DNA of 64,000 nt, taken from assembly GCA_044376115.1 (NCBI GenBank), contig JBILLK010000017.1, positions 96,001 through 160,000 on the forward strand, given 5' to 3'. The translations under genes and the position numbers were made by a program. This document shows positions 9,763 to 18,466 of this stretch, piece by piece. Every line of letters starts with the position of its first letter. The first letter of the stretch is position 1. Source of the DNA: Polyangiaceae bacterium (GTDB lineage: Bacteria; Myxococcota_A; Polyangia; Polyangiales; Polyangiaceae). Below the pieces are notes generated by a model. The model saw nothing but the letters and a program-made list of their open reading frames with translations. It had not been told where the DNA came from and made no database searches.

Positions 9763-11498
9763 GAGCGCTTCATCCTATCTGGTTCTGCCATTGGCGCCCG
9801 CCCCAAGAGGACCCCTCGTTGCGCTAAATCTGCCAAGAATTGGCTGGTCTCGGTGAGCCCATCGGTCGTGAAGGCAGAACCAGCATCGACGAAGGCCTGC
9901 TGGATTGCGGACGCGAGAGGCTCGCCGGCTTGCAGCTTCTCAACCAGGTTCGCCGCGACCTCGGAGAGCGATAACCAACGCAGCTCGTCCTGCTTGTCGC
10001 GATAACAGAGCAGTTGGGTCGGGCGCTGCGACGGCGCGGCGGAGCTTTTTACGTCCTGCACCGCATGTCCATAGCGCTCAACGGACAGCGCAGGCAAAAG
10101 AGCCACCGGTCGTTCGACCTCGAGGTCTTGGTACGTGCGCGAAACAGGGTCAGGTTTTGCTGCGACCTCAAAGCTCACGAGCTCGTAACGCGCGAGATCT
10201 CCTAGAAACGCAGGCGCTGCTGCATCCGCCCTCCACTTGGGCGCGATGAACTCGAGGAACATTCGCGCAACATCGCGAAGGAACGGAGACTGGGGCAAGC
10301 CATTCTCCACGAACGCGTGCACGTCATCCGAGAACGCAGCACCACGCAAGGCGGCGGCCTCGGGCATCTGCGTTCGCACAGCATCGAGCAGCCCTTGGCG
10401 CACGAGCGAGCGATAAAGGAAGAATCTGTTCGGTGGGAGCGCCTGCAGGGCAACGAGATCCTCTGAAGCGAGCCCGTCGACGAGGCAGCCGTCGCGATGC
10501 GGCGTATGGAACTCCACGCTGCGCACCATTGATTCGACGATCGCAGGCAAACGCTTAGGGACTGACGGAACTCCCCCTGCTACGGCGCCGCTGGGCGCGG
10601 GGCTCTCCGAGAACCTGACGTCGCTAGCCTGGGTCGCGCGCAGGTAGACCTCTCGCAGCACGGCGACCTCACGCAGGAGTTCGGCCAAGGGTGGGATCCT
10701 CGAGTCCCGCTCGAGCAGCACGGGCACTGGGCCTGTTCGACGCAGCGTGTGCTCGAGCAGCCGCAAAACCTCGTCCGAAACAGCAGCACCGTGCGTGTCG
10801 ATGATGCAGCCAGCCGTGTGGCTGAAATCGTGACCGGCCACGTGCAACTGAACCACCCGCTCGATCGGAAGTGCGTCGATGAAGGCGAACGGGTCTGTGC
10901 CGAAATTCCTGGCGTTAACGAAGACGTTGTTGACGTCGAGGAGCAGGCCACAGTCGGCTTCCGACAACAGCGCCGAGAGAAACTCTGCCTCGGACAAATC
11001 CGAACGTCCGGGGGCGAAGTAGTAGGAAATGTTCTCCACCGCGATCGGCCGGCCCAGTCGTTCGCGAGCCTCGCGCACCGAAGCGGCGACCTGGTGCACC
11101 GACTCCTCGATGAACGGCAGCGGAAGTAGGTCGTGCGTGAAGCGACCCTGGGTTGCGCTGAAGCACAGATGGTCGGAGTGAAACGGTGGCGCCAAACGGG
11201 ACAAAAACGCCTTCAACTCGTCGACGTAGGCCAGTCCACCTCCTAGCGGTCCGTCGTTGCCGAACGACATCGTTAGACCGTGCGTGAGCACCGGAAAACG
11301 TTCGGCCAAAGCAAACAAGGAGCGCGGGACCGCACCACCGCGACGCATGTAGTTTTCGGGACAGACCTCGAGAAACTCCAGCGCAACGCTCTCGCCGCTG
11401 GCGACGAGTTCAGCGAGCTCATCCAGAAACGAGTAACGGAGCCCCAAACCGACTCCCGTCGGCCCGCGGACTCCGTCACGAAGGGACATGGCGTTCAT
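9759..11498 (-). CDS. DUF692 family multinuclear non-heme iron oxidase (MNIO; HvfB/BufB-like) fused to DUF2063 (HvfC/BufC-like) partner domain
   Basis: EVCPENYM, HGLTMSFG, SDHLCF, HDLLPLP, VENISYY, LLLDVNN, LHVAGH, IDTHG, LLERD. C-terminal LYRSLVR...SPFLRDV..FLEF...DLARYE is typical of DUF2063. Confidence 0.9.
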   Translation of the reverse strand: MNAMSLRDGVRGPTGVGLGLRYSFLDELAELVASGESVALEFLEVCPENYMRRGGAVPRSLFALAERFPVLTHGLTMSFGNDGPLGGGLAYVDELKAFLSRLAPPFHSDHLCFSATQGRFTHDLLPLPFIEESVHQVAASVREARERLGRPIAVENISYYFAPGRSDLSEAEFLSALLSEADCGLLLDVNNVFVNARNFGTDPFAFIDALPIERVVQLHVAGHDFSHTAGCIIDTHGAAVSDEVLRLLEHTLRRTGPVPVLLERDSRIPPLAELLREVAVLREVYLRATQASDVRFSESPAPSGAVAGGVPSVPKRLPAIVESMVRSVEFHTPHRDGCLVDGLASEDLVALQALPPNRFFLYRSLVRQGLLDAVRTQMPEAAALRGAAFSDDVHAFVENGLPQSPFLRDVARMFLEFIAPKWRADAAAPAFLGDLARYELVSFEVAAKPDPVSRTYQDLEVERPVALLPALSVERYGHAVQDVKSSAAPSQRPTQLLCYRDKQDELRWLSLSEVAANLVEKLQAGEPLASAIQQAFVDAGSAFTTDGLTETSQFLADLAQRGVLLGRAPMAEPDRMKRS

Positions 11499-11515
11499 GA
11501 ACTCGAGCCAAATTC

Positions 11516-11548
11516 AAAAAGGAGCACGGGGCCTTTGGCCGGTTCTCC
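11516..11548 (-). terminator. Possible weak intrinsic terminator/attenuator between the precursor and MNIO genes
   Basis: Minus strand reads GGAGAACCGGCC-AAA-GGCCCCGTGCTCC-TTTTT: imperfect stem followed by a T run. Confidence 0.3.
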
Positions 11549-11582
11549 TACAGAGGGCCCGAGTCATGCGGTGCACGTTGAA

Positions 11583-11948
11583 TCAGCCGCAGGAGCCTTC
11601 GCCGCACTTCGACTCGGCGCCCTTCTTCTTCGGCTTGGTTCCGCCGCCTACCTTCTTCGGCGTCGGGGCAGCGGCCGAAGCGACAGCGGAGGGAACCGCT
11701 GAAGGCGCTGCGCTAGCGGCCGCAGTTGCGGCCGGAGCGGCGTCCGAAACCGGGGCTGCATCCGCCGTTGCCGCAGCGTCAGGGGCGACCTCAGGGGTCT
11801 CCTTCGCGGGTTCGGTGAGCTCGCCTCCCGCAGGCTGCGCGTCGACCTCGGTCGCATTGACCGGCTTCTGGTTGCTTGCACAACCAGCCATAAGCGCCAC
11901 GCCGCCGAGGACGGCGAGAGTTTCGGAAATCGACTTCAGGCTCAGCAT
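11583..11948 (-). CDS. Lipoprotein RiPP precursor, HvfA/BufA2-like (C-terminal ESKCGEGSCG)
   Basis: ATG 11948 follows RBS GAGGTG. Lipobox LMAGC, Ala/Pro-rich linker, Lys-rich patch, two E-x-x-C-G motifs resembling EGKCG. Lies directly upstream of DUF692. Confidence 0.82.
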   Translation of the reverse strand: MLSLKSISETLAVLGGVALMAGCASNQKPVNATEVDAQPAGGELTEPAKETPEVAPDAAATADAAPVSDAAPAATAAASAAPSAVPSAVASAAAPTPKKVGGGTKPKKKGAESKCGEGSCG

Positions 11949-12149
11949 TGGGTTCACCTCAGAAAATGGTCGGCTGACCCGAGATGGTTGGCCGCCGCTT
12001 GATTCTTCAGCGCCGGGAGGAGGCGCAGTGTTGGGTGCATTCTACTACGACGATCCCCCCATCGCAGTTTCAGAAATTGCGTCGGAGGCTGCTCACGAGC
12101 CAACTTCAGGGTAATACTCCGCCTTACGTCGCTCGAAGCCAGCGGAACA

Positions 12150-12470
12150 ATGACAAACCTTTTGCGCCTTCTCGGGATTGGGCTTTGGGCCGTGAGCTTG
12201 AGCGTCTCGCTCGGGAGCGGCTGCGAGAAGAAGCGTGCTTGCGCGGAGGAGTGTCACTGCAAACAGCGCGGACTTTGCCAAGAGCGCAAAGGGGAATGTG
12301 TGGCTGGGGACGATAGCCACTGCAAGCGCTCGAACGTTTGCAAAGTCATGGGGCGCTGCGGAGAAGAAAACGGCCACTGTGTTGCAGTGGCCGCCCTCGA
12401 TTGTGAGGCCTCGGAGCTGTGCAAGAAAGCCGGTGCTTGCACGCTCCGTGGCGATGTCTGTGCTCGCTAA
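12150..12470 (+). CDS. Small Cys-rich repeat lipoprotein
   Basis: Lipobox-like GSGC and three approximately 27-aa repeats C-x5-CK-xx-G-x-C-x6-C. Confidence 0.7.
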   Translation: MTNLLRLLGIGLWAVSLSVSLGSGCEKKRACAEECHCKQRGLCQERKGECVAGDDSHCKRSNVCKVMGRCGEENGHCVAVAALDCEASELCKKAGACTLRGDVCAR

Positions 12471-12471
12471 A

Positions 12472-14835
12472 TCAGTCGACTGGCGTTGCCTCGGTGCCAG
12501 ACCGTTGAACCTCCGAAGGCATGTTGTCGGACTCGAGAGCGGCCTCGAGTACCTTGCGCATATCGTCGGCGAGGATGAACTCGATCTGACTGCGAACGTC
12601 TGCCGGCACATCATCGAGGTCCCGTTCGTTGTCACGAGGCAGGATCACCCGAGTGATGCCCGCACGGTGTGCGGCAAGGACCTTGGACTTGATCCCGCCG
12701 ACGGGCAAGACGCGGCCACGCAGAGTGCATTCGCCGGTCATGGCCGTGTCCGACCTGACGCGACGGCCGGACAAGAGCGACGCCAGCGCCGTAAAGATCG
12801 TCACACCGGCGCTTGGCCCATCCTTCGGGATTCCGCCGGCCGGCACGTGAATGTGCAGGTCCGCATCCTCTAGGACTTCGGCCGCGAAGCCGAGCTCATC
12901 GGCGTGCCCCTTGACGAAAGTCAGCGCTGCACGGGCGCTCTCCTTCATCACGTCACCGAGCTGACCGGTGATCTCGAGTTTGCCTTTGCCCTTGGTTCGG
13001 GAGGTCTCGATAAAGAGGATTCCCCCACCCACTGGCGTCCAGGCGAGCCCCGTCGCTACCCCCGGAACGCTGGTCCGCTCACGGACCTCGTTTCGGTACT
13101 TGGGCTTACCGAGAATCTGTTCAACCTGAGGCTCGTCGATCCGTACGCGAATCTCCGAGTCGTCCTTCTTGCGAGCCACGTCGAGCGCGACGTGACGAGC
13201 GATGCGGGTCAACTCCCGATCGAGCTGACGAACCCCAGCCTCACGCGTGTACTTGGTGATGACCTCCAGAATGGCGTCATCGGTGATGGTGAGCGCTCCT
13301 TCCGGAATGCCCGATTGCGATAAACGCCGCGGCAGCAGGTGCCTTACGGCAATCGCCTGCTTCTCGGGGGCTGTGTAGCCGGTGAGCTCGACGATCTCGA
13401 GGCGATCTCGAAGCGGCGCGCTGAGTGTGTCGAGCGTGTTCGCCGTACACAGGAAGAACACCTGCGAAAGGTCAAACGGGAGCTCGAGGTAGTGATCGGT
13501 GAAGGTCTTGTTCTGCTCCGGGTCGAGCACCTCGAGCAACGCCGATTCGGCTGCAGCGCCCCATTGCTGGGAGAGCTTGTCGATCTCGTCGAGCAGCATC
13601 ACCGGGTTGTTGACCCCAGCTTTACGTAGCCCGTGAACGATGCGGCCGGGAATTGCGCCAACGTACGTCCGTCGATGACCGCGCACCTCCGCTTCATCTC
13701 GAACGCCGCCCAGCGAAACCCTCACGAACGGCCTTCCCGTCGCCGCAGCGATCGATTCGCCGAGCGAGGTTTTACCTACGCCGGGAGGCCCTACCAAACA
13801 CAGGATCGTCCCGCGCTCGCTCTTCGAAAGCTTGCGCACCGCCATATGCTCGAGAATGCGCTGCTTTACGTCTTCGAGGCCAAAGTGGTCCTCGTCCAGC
13901 TTGGCCGAAATCGCGTCGATATCTTCCTTGGTCTTGGCCTGAGCGGACCACGGCAGCGCCGCGATCCATTCGAGATAGGTGCGGATCACGGTGGCCTCTG
14001 CGCCCTGCCCACCCGATTGCTCAAAGCGGGAGAATTCGCGGGCCACGACCTCCTTCGCCTCGTCGGGGAGGTTCGCCTTGTCGAGCTTTTCTCGAAGCCG
14101 CTCGAGCCCGTCCTCCTTCTCCTCGCCCAACTCCTTGCGAATAGCCCGCATCTGCTCCCGGAGGAGGTGCTCACGTTGGTTCTTGGAGAACTCGCGCCGC
14201 ACGTCTTCACCAATCTTTTGACGCAGTTCGCCGAGCTCCTTCTGCTCGTAAACCAGCGCCAACAACTTGCGCAGACGCTGCGGAACGTCCGCCGTCACGA
14301 GCACCTCGAGGGCCTTGTGGGATTCCACGCCCAGGAGCGAAGCGACCTTATCCGCGAGTGCGCCTGGCTTGCTGAGCCAACGATCGGCTTCATCCAACGC
14401 CTTGGTGCGGGGGACCTGCTTCAGCGCATCCACCAGCTCCTCGGCCAGCACCTTCGCTTCAGGAGAGCTGCCATTCTCCTCGAGAACCGCGTGACCCAAA
14501 GCCTCCAAGAAGGGCTCATACGCCACCACGCGATCGACCGAGAATCGCGATAGACCTTCAACCGTGACGCGAAGGGCCTCCCCCGCGGTGCCCGACTTCG
14601 TCGACTTCGTGAGCCGCGCGAGCGTCCCAACGGCGTGGAAATCACTCACAACAGGGTCCTCCACCCGAGGATCGAGTTGCGTCACAATACCCACGAGTTG
14701 CCCTGGCTTGAGGGCTTGCACCAACGCGAGGCTACGCTCGCGCCCAACCGTGAGCGTCATCGTGCCCTCGGGCAGAAGCACACCCGAGCGCAAAGGAAGA
14801 ATCGGGATCGGACTCTCGAACGTGGGACTGTTCAT
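12472..14835 (-). CDS. lon: ATP-dependent Lon protease (LonA)
   Basis: LON N-domain, GPPGVGKTS, RGHRRTYVGA, LLDEIDK, catalytic KDGPSAG and KSKVLAA. Confidence 0.97.
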   Translation of the reverse strand: MNSPTFESPIPILPLRSGVLLPEGTMTLTVGRERSLALVQALKPGQLVGIVTQLDPRVEDPVVSDFHAVGTLARLTKSTKSGTAGEALRVTVEGLSRFSVDRVVAYEPFLEALGHAVLEENGSSPEAKVLAEELVDALKQVPRTKALDEADRWLSKPGALADKVASLLGVESHKALEVLVTADVPQRLRKLLALVYEQKELGELRQKIGEDVRREFSKNQREHLLREQMRAIRKELGEEKEDGLERLREKLDKANLPDEAKEVVAREFSRFEQSGGQGAEATVIRTYLEWIAALPWSAQAKTKEDIDAISAKLDEDHFGLEDVKQRILEHMAVRKLSKSERGTILCLVGPPGVGKTSLGESIAAATGRPFVRVSLGGVRDEAEVRGHRRTYVGAIPGRIVHGLRKAGVNNPVMLLDEIDKLSQQWGAAAESALLEVLDPEQNKTFTDHYLELPFDLSQVFFLCTANTLDTLSAPLRDRLEIVELTGYTAPEKQAIAVRHLLPRRLSQSGIPEGALTITDDAILEVITKYTREAGVRQLDRELTRIARHVALDVARKKDDSEIRVRIDEPQVEQILGKPKYRNEVRERTSVPGVATGLAWTPVGGGILFIETSRTKGKGKLEITGQLGDVMKESARAALTFVKGHADELGFAAEVLEDADLHIHVPAGGIPKDGPSAGVTIFTALASLLSGRRVRSDTAMTGECTLRGRVLPVGGIKSKVLAAHRAGITRVILPRDNERDLDDVPADVRSQIEFILADDMRKVLEAALESDNMPSEVQRSGTEATPVD

Positions 14836-14977
14836 GGATGTTCCTGTTCACCTTCTCGGTCCCAAAACAGGGACCAGGTCACAACTGCCAGAACAAGCGC
14901 CGAGAGAGGGCTTCTCTTCCCGCGTACCTGCCGCGTCCACACAGACCGCGTCAGCACTCGTCGCAGGAAAAGCTGCT

Positions 14978-14992
14978 TGGCACCGGAGTTGC
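14978..14992. promoter_or_regulatory. sigma54 -24/-12 consensus element in the lon upstream region
   Basis: Plus strand TGGCAC-CGGAG-TTGC is a perfect match. The overlapping minus strand also keeps GG-N10-GC (CGGCAA-CTCCG-GTGC), facing lon. Confidence 0.45.
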
Positions 14993-15043
14993 CGGCCGAA
15001 CCTAACGCGGCGTCACTGCTCGTCAACCGCCTCGCAACGTTCC

Positions 15044-16447
15044 TTAACGTTCGAGCTTGTCCCCCGGAGCTGGGATCGGGACATCGGCAAAGCCAGCCGT
15101 CGCGAGCTTTTGGGCGAGCACCTTTTGGGGGGCCGGGTCTCCGTGAACGAGGCACACCGTTCGCACGGGGCCGCACGCGCGGGACGCCGTCGCATAGTGC
15201 AGTAGATCCTTCTGGTCGGCATGGGCTGAAAAACCGTTGAGCACGACGACCTCGCAACGGCGCTCTCGCTCGACGCCGAAGATCTTCACCCGCATACGCT
15301 TCTCGACCAGCCGCCGACCCAAGGTGTGCGCCGCCTGATAGCCGACGATGAGGACTGTGTTCTTGGCGTCCTCCACAGCTACGCGAAGGTGATGGAGGAT
15401 GCGCCCGGCCTCGCACATGCCGCTGGCTGAGATCACCACCGCTGGCTCTGAGGAGGTAGAAATCCGCTTCGAGCCCTCTTTGTCTTCGATGTACGAGAGG
15501 TTCTCGAAGTCGAAAGGCGAGTCGTTGCCGCGAATGAGCGCACGCGTCTCTGTGTCGTAGCACTCGGGGTGGAGCTTGAAGACATCGGTGACGCGAACGG
15601 TCAGCGGCGAATCGACGTAGACGGGCAAATTGGCCGGGATTGAGCCCGCCTTCTTGAGCTTCTTGATGGCGAAGATCACCTCCTGCGCGCGTTCGAGGGC
15701 GAACGACGGCACAATCACCTTGCCGCCGCGCTTGACGGTGCGCGCGATCGTGCGCCCGAGATCGTCATCCATCTTGTCGATGCTGTCGTGCAAACGATCA
15801 CCATAGGTGCTCTCGGTGATCAGTACGTCCACGTCGGGCACCACCTCGGGGTCGCGCAGGATCGGTCGGTCAGCGCGTCCAAGGTCTCCCGTAAACAAAA
15901 GGCGACGCTTGCTGTCGCCTTCATCGATGTCGAGCACCGTGATGGCGCTGCCGAGGACGTGGCCGGCGTCGTAGAAGGTCAGCTCGACGCCCGGCAGAAG
16001 CGGCACGGTCGTGTGATACGGCACCGCGATCATTCGCTCGATCACGCGCACCACGTCTTCATCGGTGTAGAGCGGATCCACATACTCGTCACTGCCCGTC
16101 CGTTTGGCTTCTTTGTTCAAGTAGCGGGCATCGGAGTCTTGGATCGCAGCGGCATCACGCAACATCACCGTCGCAAGGGAGCGCGTCGCGGGAGTTGCGT
16201 AGACCGCGCCCTTGTAACCCTGCTTGTAGAGCAGCGGCAGCGCGCCCGAGTGATCGATATGCGCGTGAGAAAGCACCACCGCGCGAACCTCTCGCACCGG
16301 AACGCGCAGGTTTCGGTTGCGTTCGGTCGACTCGTGACGCGCACCTTGAAACAGGCCGCAATCGAGCAGGATCGCGCCTGCTCGCGTTCGGATCAGGTGC
16401 ATCGAGCCTGTGACGGTCTGGGCCGCGCCTACAAATTCAATTTGCAT
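15044..16447 (-). CDS. MBL-fold beta-CASP ribonuclease (YSH1/TTHA0252-like)
   Basis: SHAHIDHSG, AGHVLGS, FTGDLG, ESTYGDR, SASGM, FSAHAD, LVHGD. Confidence 0.93.
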   Translation of the reverse strand: MQIEFVGAAQTVTGSMHLIRTRAGAILLDCGLFQGARHESTERNRNLRVPVREVRAVVLSHAHIDHSGALPLLYKQGYKGAVYATPATRSLATVMLRDAAAIQDSDARYLNKEAKRTGSDEYVDPLYTDEDVVRVIERMIAVPYHTTVPLLPGVELTFYDAGHVLGSAITVLDIDEGDSKRRLLFTGDLGRADRPILRDPEVVPDVDVLITESTYGDRLHDSIDKMDDDLGRTIARTVKRGGKVIVPSFALERAQEVIFAIKKLKKAGSIPANLPVYVDSPLTVRVTDVFKLHPECYDTETRALIRGNDSPFDFENLSYIEDKEGSKRISTSSEPAVVISASGMCEAGRILHHLRVAVEDAKNTVLIVGYQAAHTLGRRLVEKRMRVKIFGVERERRCEVVVLNGFSAHADQKDLLHYATASRACGPVRTVCLVHGDPAPQKVLAQKLATAGFADVPIPAPGDKLER

Positions 16448-16490
16448 GGGCCTGCGAGCATAGCGAGCCTTCTTCGGCAGTCGGGCTGGA

Positions 16491-17249
16491 TTAGCGCCCG
16501 AGCGCGCCAGCGATCAAGCGCACGTCATCGGTCATGATGCCGTCTGCGCCGGCCGCTTCGGCTTTGCGAGCCGTGGCAACGTCGTTGATGACCCAGAAGT
16601 CGACCTTCAGCCCCTGCTGGTGCAAGCGATCGATCAGCGACTTCGTCACGAGGTCCACCGGGCCGATCCGCACCGGAAGCTGAATGCGTTGACCCCTAGG
16701 GGCGAGCCAACGAGGAGCCGCGGCAGGTAGGAGCAACGCGCGAATGGCCTCCTTTTGCGCAAGCCCCGTCTCTCCGCGATAGCCGTTGCGGCGGACCTCT
16801 CGCACGACCGAGTCATAGAAACTCGTGAGCAACACGCGATCCTCGGCGCCGAACTTTCTCACCACCTCCATCACCAACGAGACGGCGCCATGCTCCGGCT
16901 TGATGTCGATGTTGAAGCGGTGGTTCGGAAATCGCTCCAGCGCCTCAGCCAAGAGTGGCGCACGAAAGCTTCGGTCGGAAAACCCGCTGCCGTCTTTTGC
17001 TCGAAAGCCGAAGCCGACGTTGAGGCGCAAAATCTCCTCGAGACGCAAGCTCCGCACGAGCCTGCGATCGGCAGCCATGCGCAGCGCGGAAGCGTCATGG
17101 TGAATCACCACCGCGCCATCCGCGGTCACGTGCACGTCGGTCTCGATTGCGTCAGCGCCGAGCTCTACCGCGAGTTCGAAGGCCTCGAGCGTGTTCTCAG
17201 GAAGCTCGATCGATGCGCCGCGGTGGCCAAAGAGGATGGGTCGATTCAT
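16491..17249 (-). CDS. Glycerophosphodiester phosphodiesterase
   Basis: GHRGAS..PENTL, ETDVH, HHD, NIDIK, DGIMTD. ATGA overlap with the upstream stop. Confidence 0.92.
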   Translation of the reverse strand: MNRPILFGHRGASIELPENTLEAFELAVELGADAIETDVHVTADGAVVIHHDASALRMAADRRLVRSLRLEEILRLNVGFGFRAKDGSGFSDRSFRAPLLAEALERFPNHRFNIDIKPEHGAVSLVMEVVRKFGAEDRVLLTSFYDSVVREVRRNGYRGETGLAQKEAIRALLLPAAAPRWLAPRGQRIQLPVRIGPVDLVTKSLIDRLHQQGLKVDFWVINDVATARKAEAAGADGIMTDDVRLIAGALGR

Positions 17250-18358
17250 GGGGTGCAAGCGCCGGCGGGAAGGGAGTCAATCCATTCGGAGAGCAACGCG
17301 AGGCCTTCTTGGTGGACCACCTTCGAGCCAAGCGGCGGCATGCGCTTCTCCGGGTCGGTCGAGGTCATGCGGCAAATCATGATCGATAGGTCGCTGCGAC
17401 CTGGAACGACGTCGTACGTATGGCCGCAATTGGCGCCGCCAGCGCTGGCTGGCGTTTTGCAAATGCCCCAAAGAATTTCGGGGTTGTCGGCGGGGTTGGT
17501 GGAAGCAAAATCAAGAAGCAACTTGCTCGTTGAAGCCTCGCCGCCATTGCGGTGACAACTCGCGCAGTTGGCCTCGAAGTACGATCGCACGCGCAAAAAC
17601 AGCTCCTCGTCCCCGTACGGATCGACCAGCCGCTCGCGGTCTTTCTCCGGTGGTAGCGTGTCTGCAAGCCAGCCGAGCTCGACCAGATACTTAAGCTGGT
17701 TTTTGCTGACGCCGTCGTACTCGTGGTTGCGATCGAGCTGCCGAACCTTCGGGCCAAGCGGCACCACCGTGTCGTCGACCTTGTGGCAGTTCTTGCACTC
17801 ATTGGTGTTCGGTACCCGATAGTCGGTGTCGATGGTTTGGCCGTCAGGCCCAACGAAGGAGACTGGCACGCCAGTTCCGGAAACCAGCCGTTCAGCTTCG
17901 GTTTGCTCCTCGTTCCACACGTACGTATGAGCGACCCAGCCGTCCGGCTCGCGAATCAGGATCCGCGTTTCGACGATGGTCAGCGCCTCGAAGGGCTCAC
18001 GCGAATCGGCCGCATGGGCGAACGTCTTTACGAAGATCGAGCCCTCGGGAAAAGCCAGAATGTCGTCGGCTTCGTAGCCGACCGTCTGACCTTCGGGCAC
18101 ATACATGAAGCGGAACTTCGTGGTGTAGTCGCTGAAAAGCGGAGCGATTACGTCGTAGGGGACGACCCCGTCGGCTGGAGTTTGCAGCGCCAAATCGCGA
18201 AATAAGTGCCAGTCGCTGAGCCGGTCGTAGGGCTCACCCACGGGAGGCGGAGTGACCACGACTTTGGGCTCGACCGGCGGCTCCGTATCCTCGCTACAGC
18301 CGCCCGGGACAAGGGCCACCAACGATAGGACGAGGGCGAAACTTCGGCCGAGGTGCAT
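17246..18358 (-). CDS. SO2930/HNE_0200-family di-heme c-type cytochrome lipoprotein
   Basis: Lipobox PGGC, YDVIAPLFSDY, FPEGS.FVKTF, ETRILI, hemes CKNCH and CASCH, RMPPLG. Confidence 0.85.
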   Translation of the reverse strand: MHLGRSFALVLSLVALVPGGCSEDTEPPVEPKVVVTPPPVGEPYDRLSDWHLFRDLALQTPADGVVPYDVIAPLFSDYTTKFRFMYVPEGQTVGYEADDILAFPEGSIFVKTFAHAADSREPFEALTIVETRILIREPDGWVAHTYVWNEEQTEAERLVSGTGVPVSFVGPDGQTIDTDYRVPNTNECKNCHKVDDTVVPLGPKVRQLDRNHEYDGVSKNQLKYLVELGWLADTLPPEKDRERLVDPYGDEELFLRVRSYFEANCASCHRNGGEASTSKLLLDFASTNPADNPEILWGICKTPASAGGANCGHTYDVVPGRSDLSIMICRMTSTDPEKRMPPLGSKVVHQEGLALLSEWIDSLPAGACTP

Positions 18359-18466
18359 TCGCGAATTGTACGCGCGATGGTTGAAGCCGTCATCGAGTCA
18401 GTGACCCCTGCGTACAGGAGATATCAGCTCGACAGCCCGGAGCGCACTCTCTATGGTGCGCCGCCA

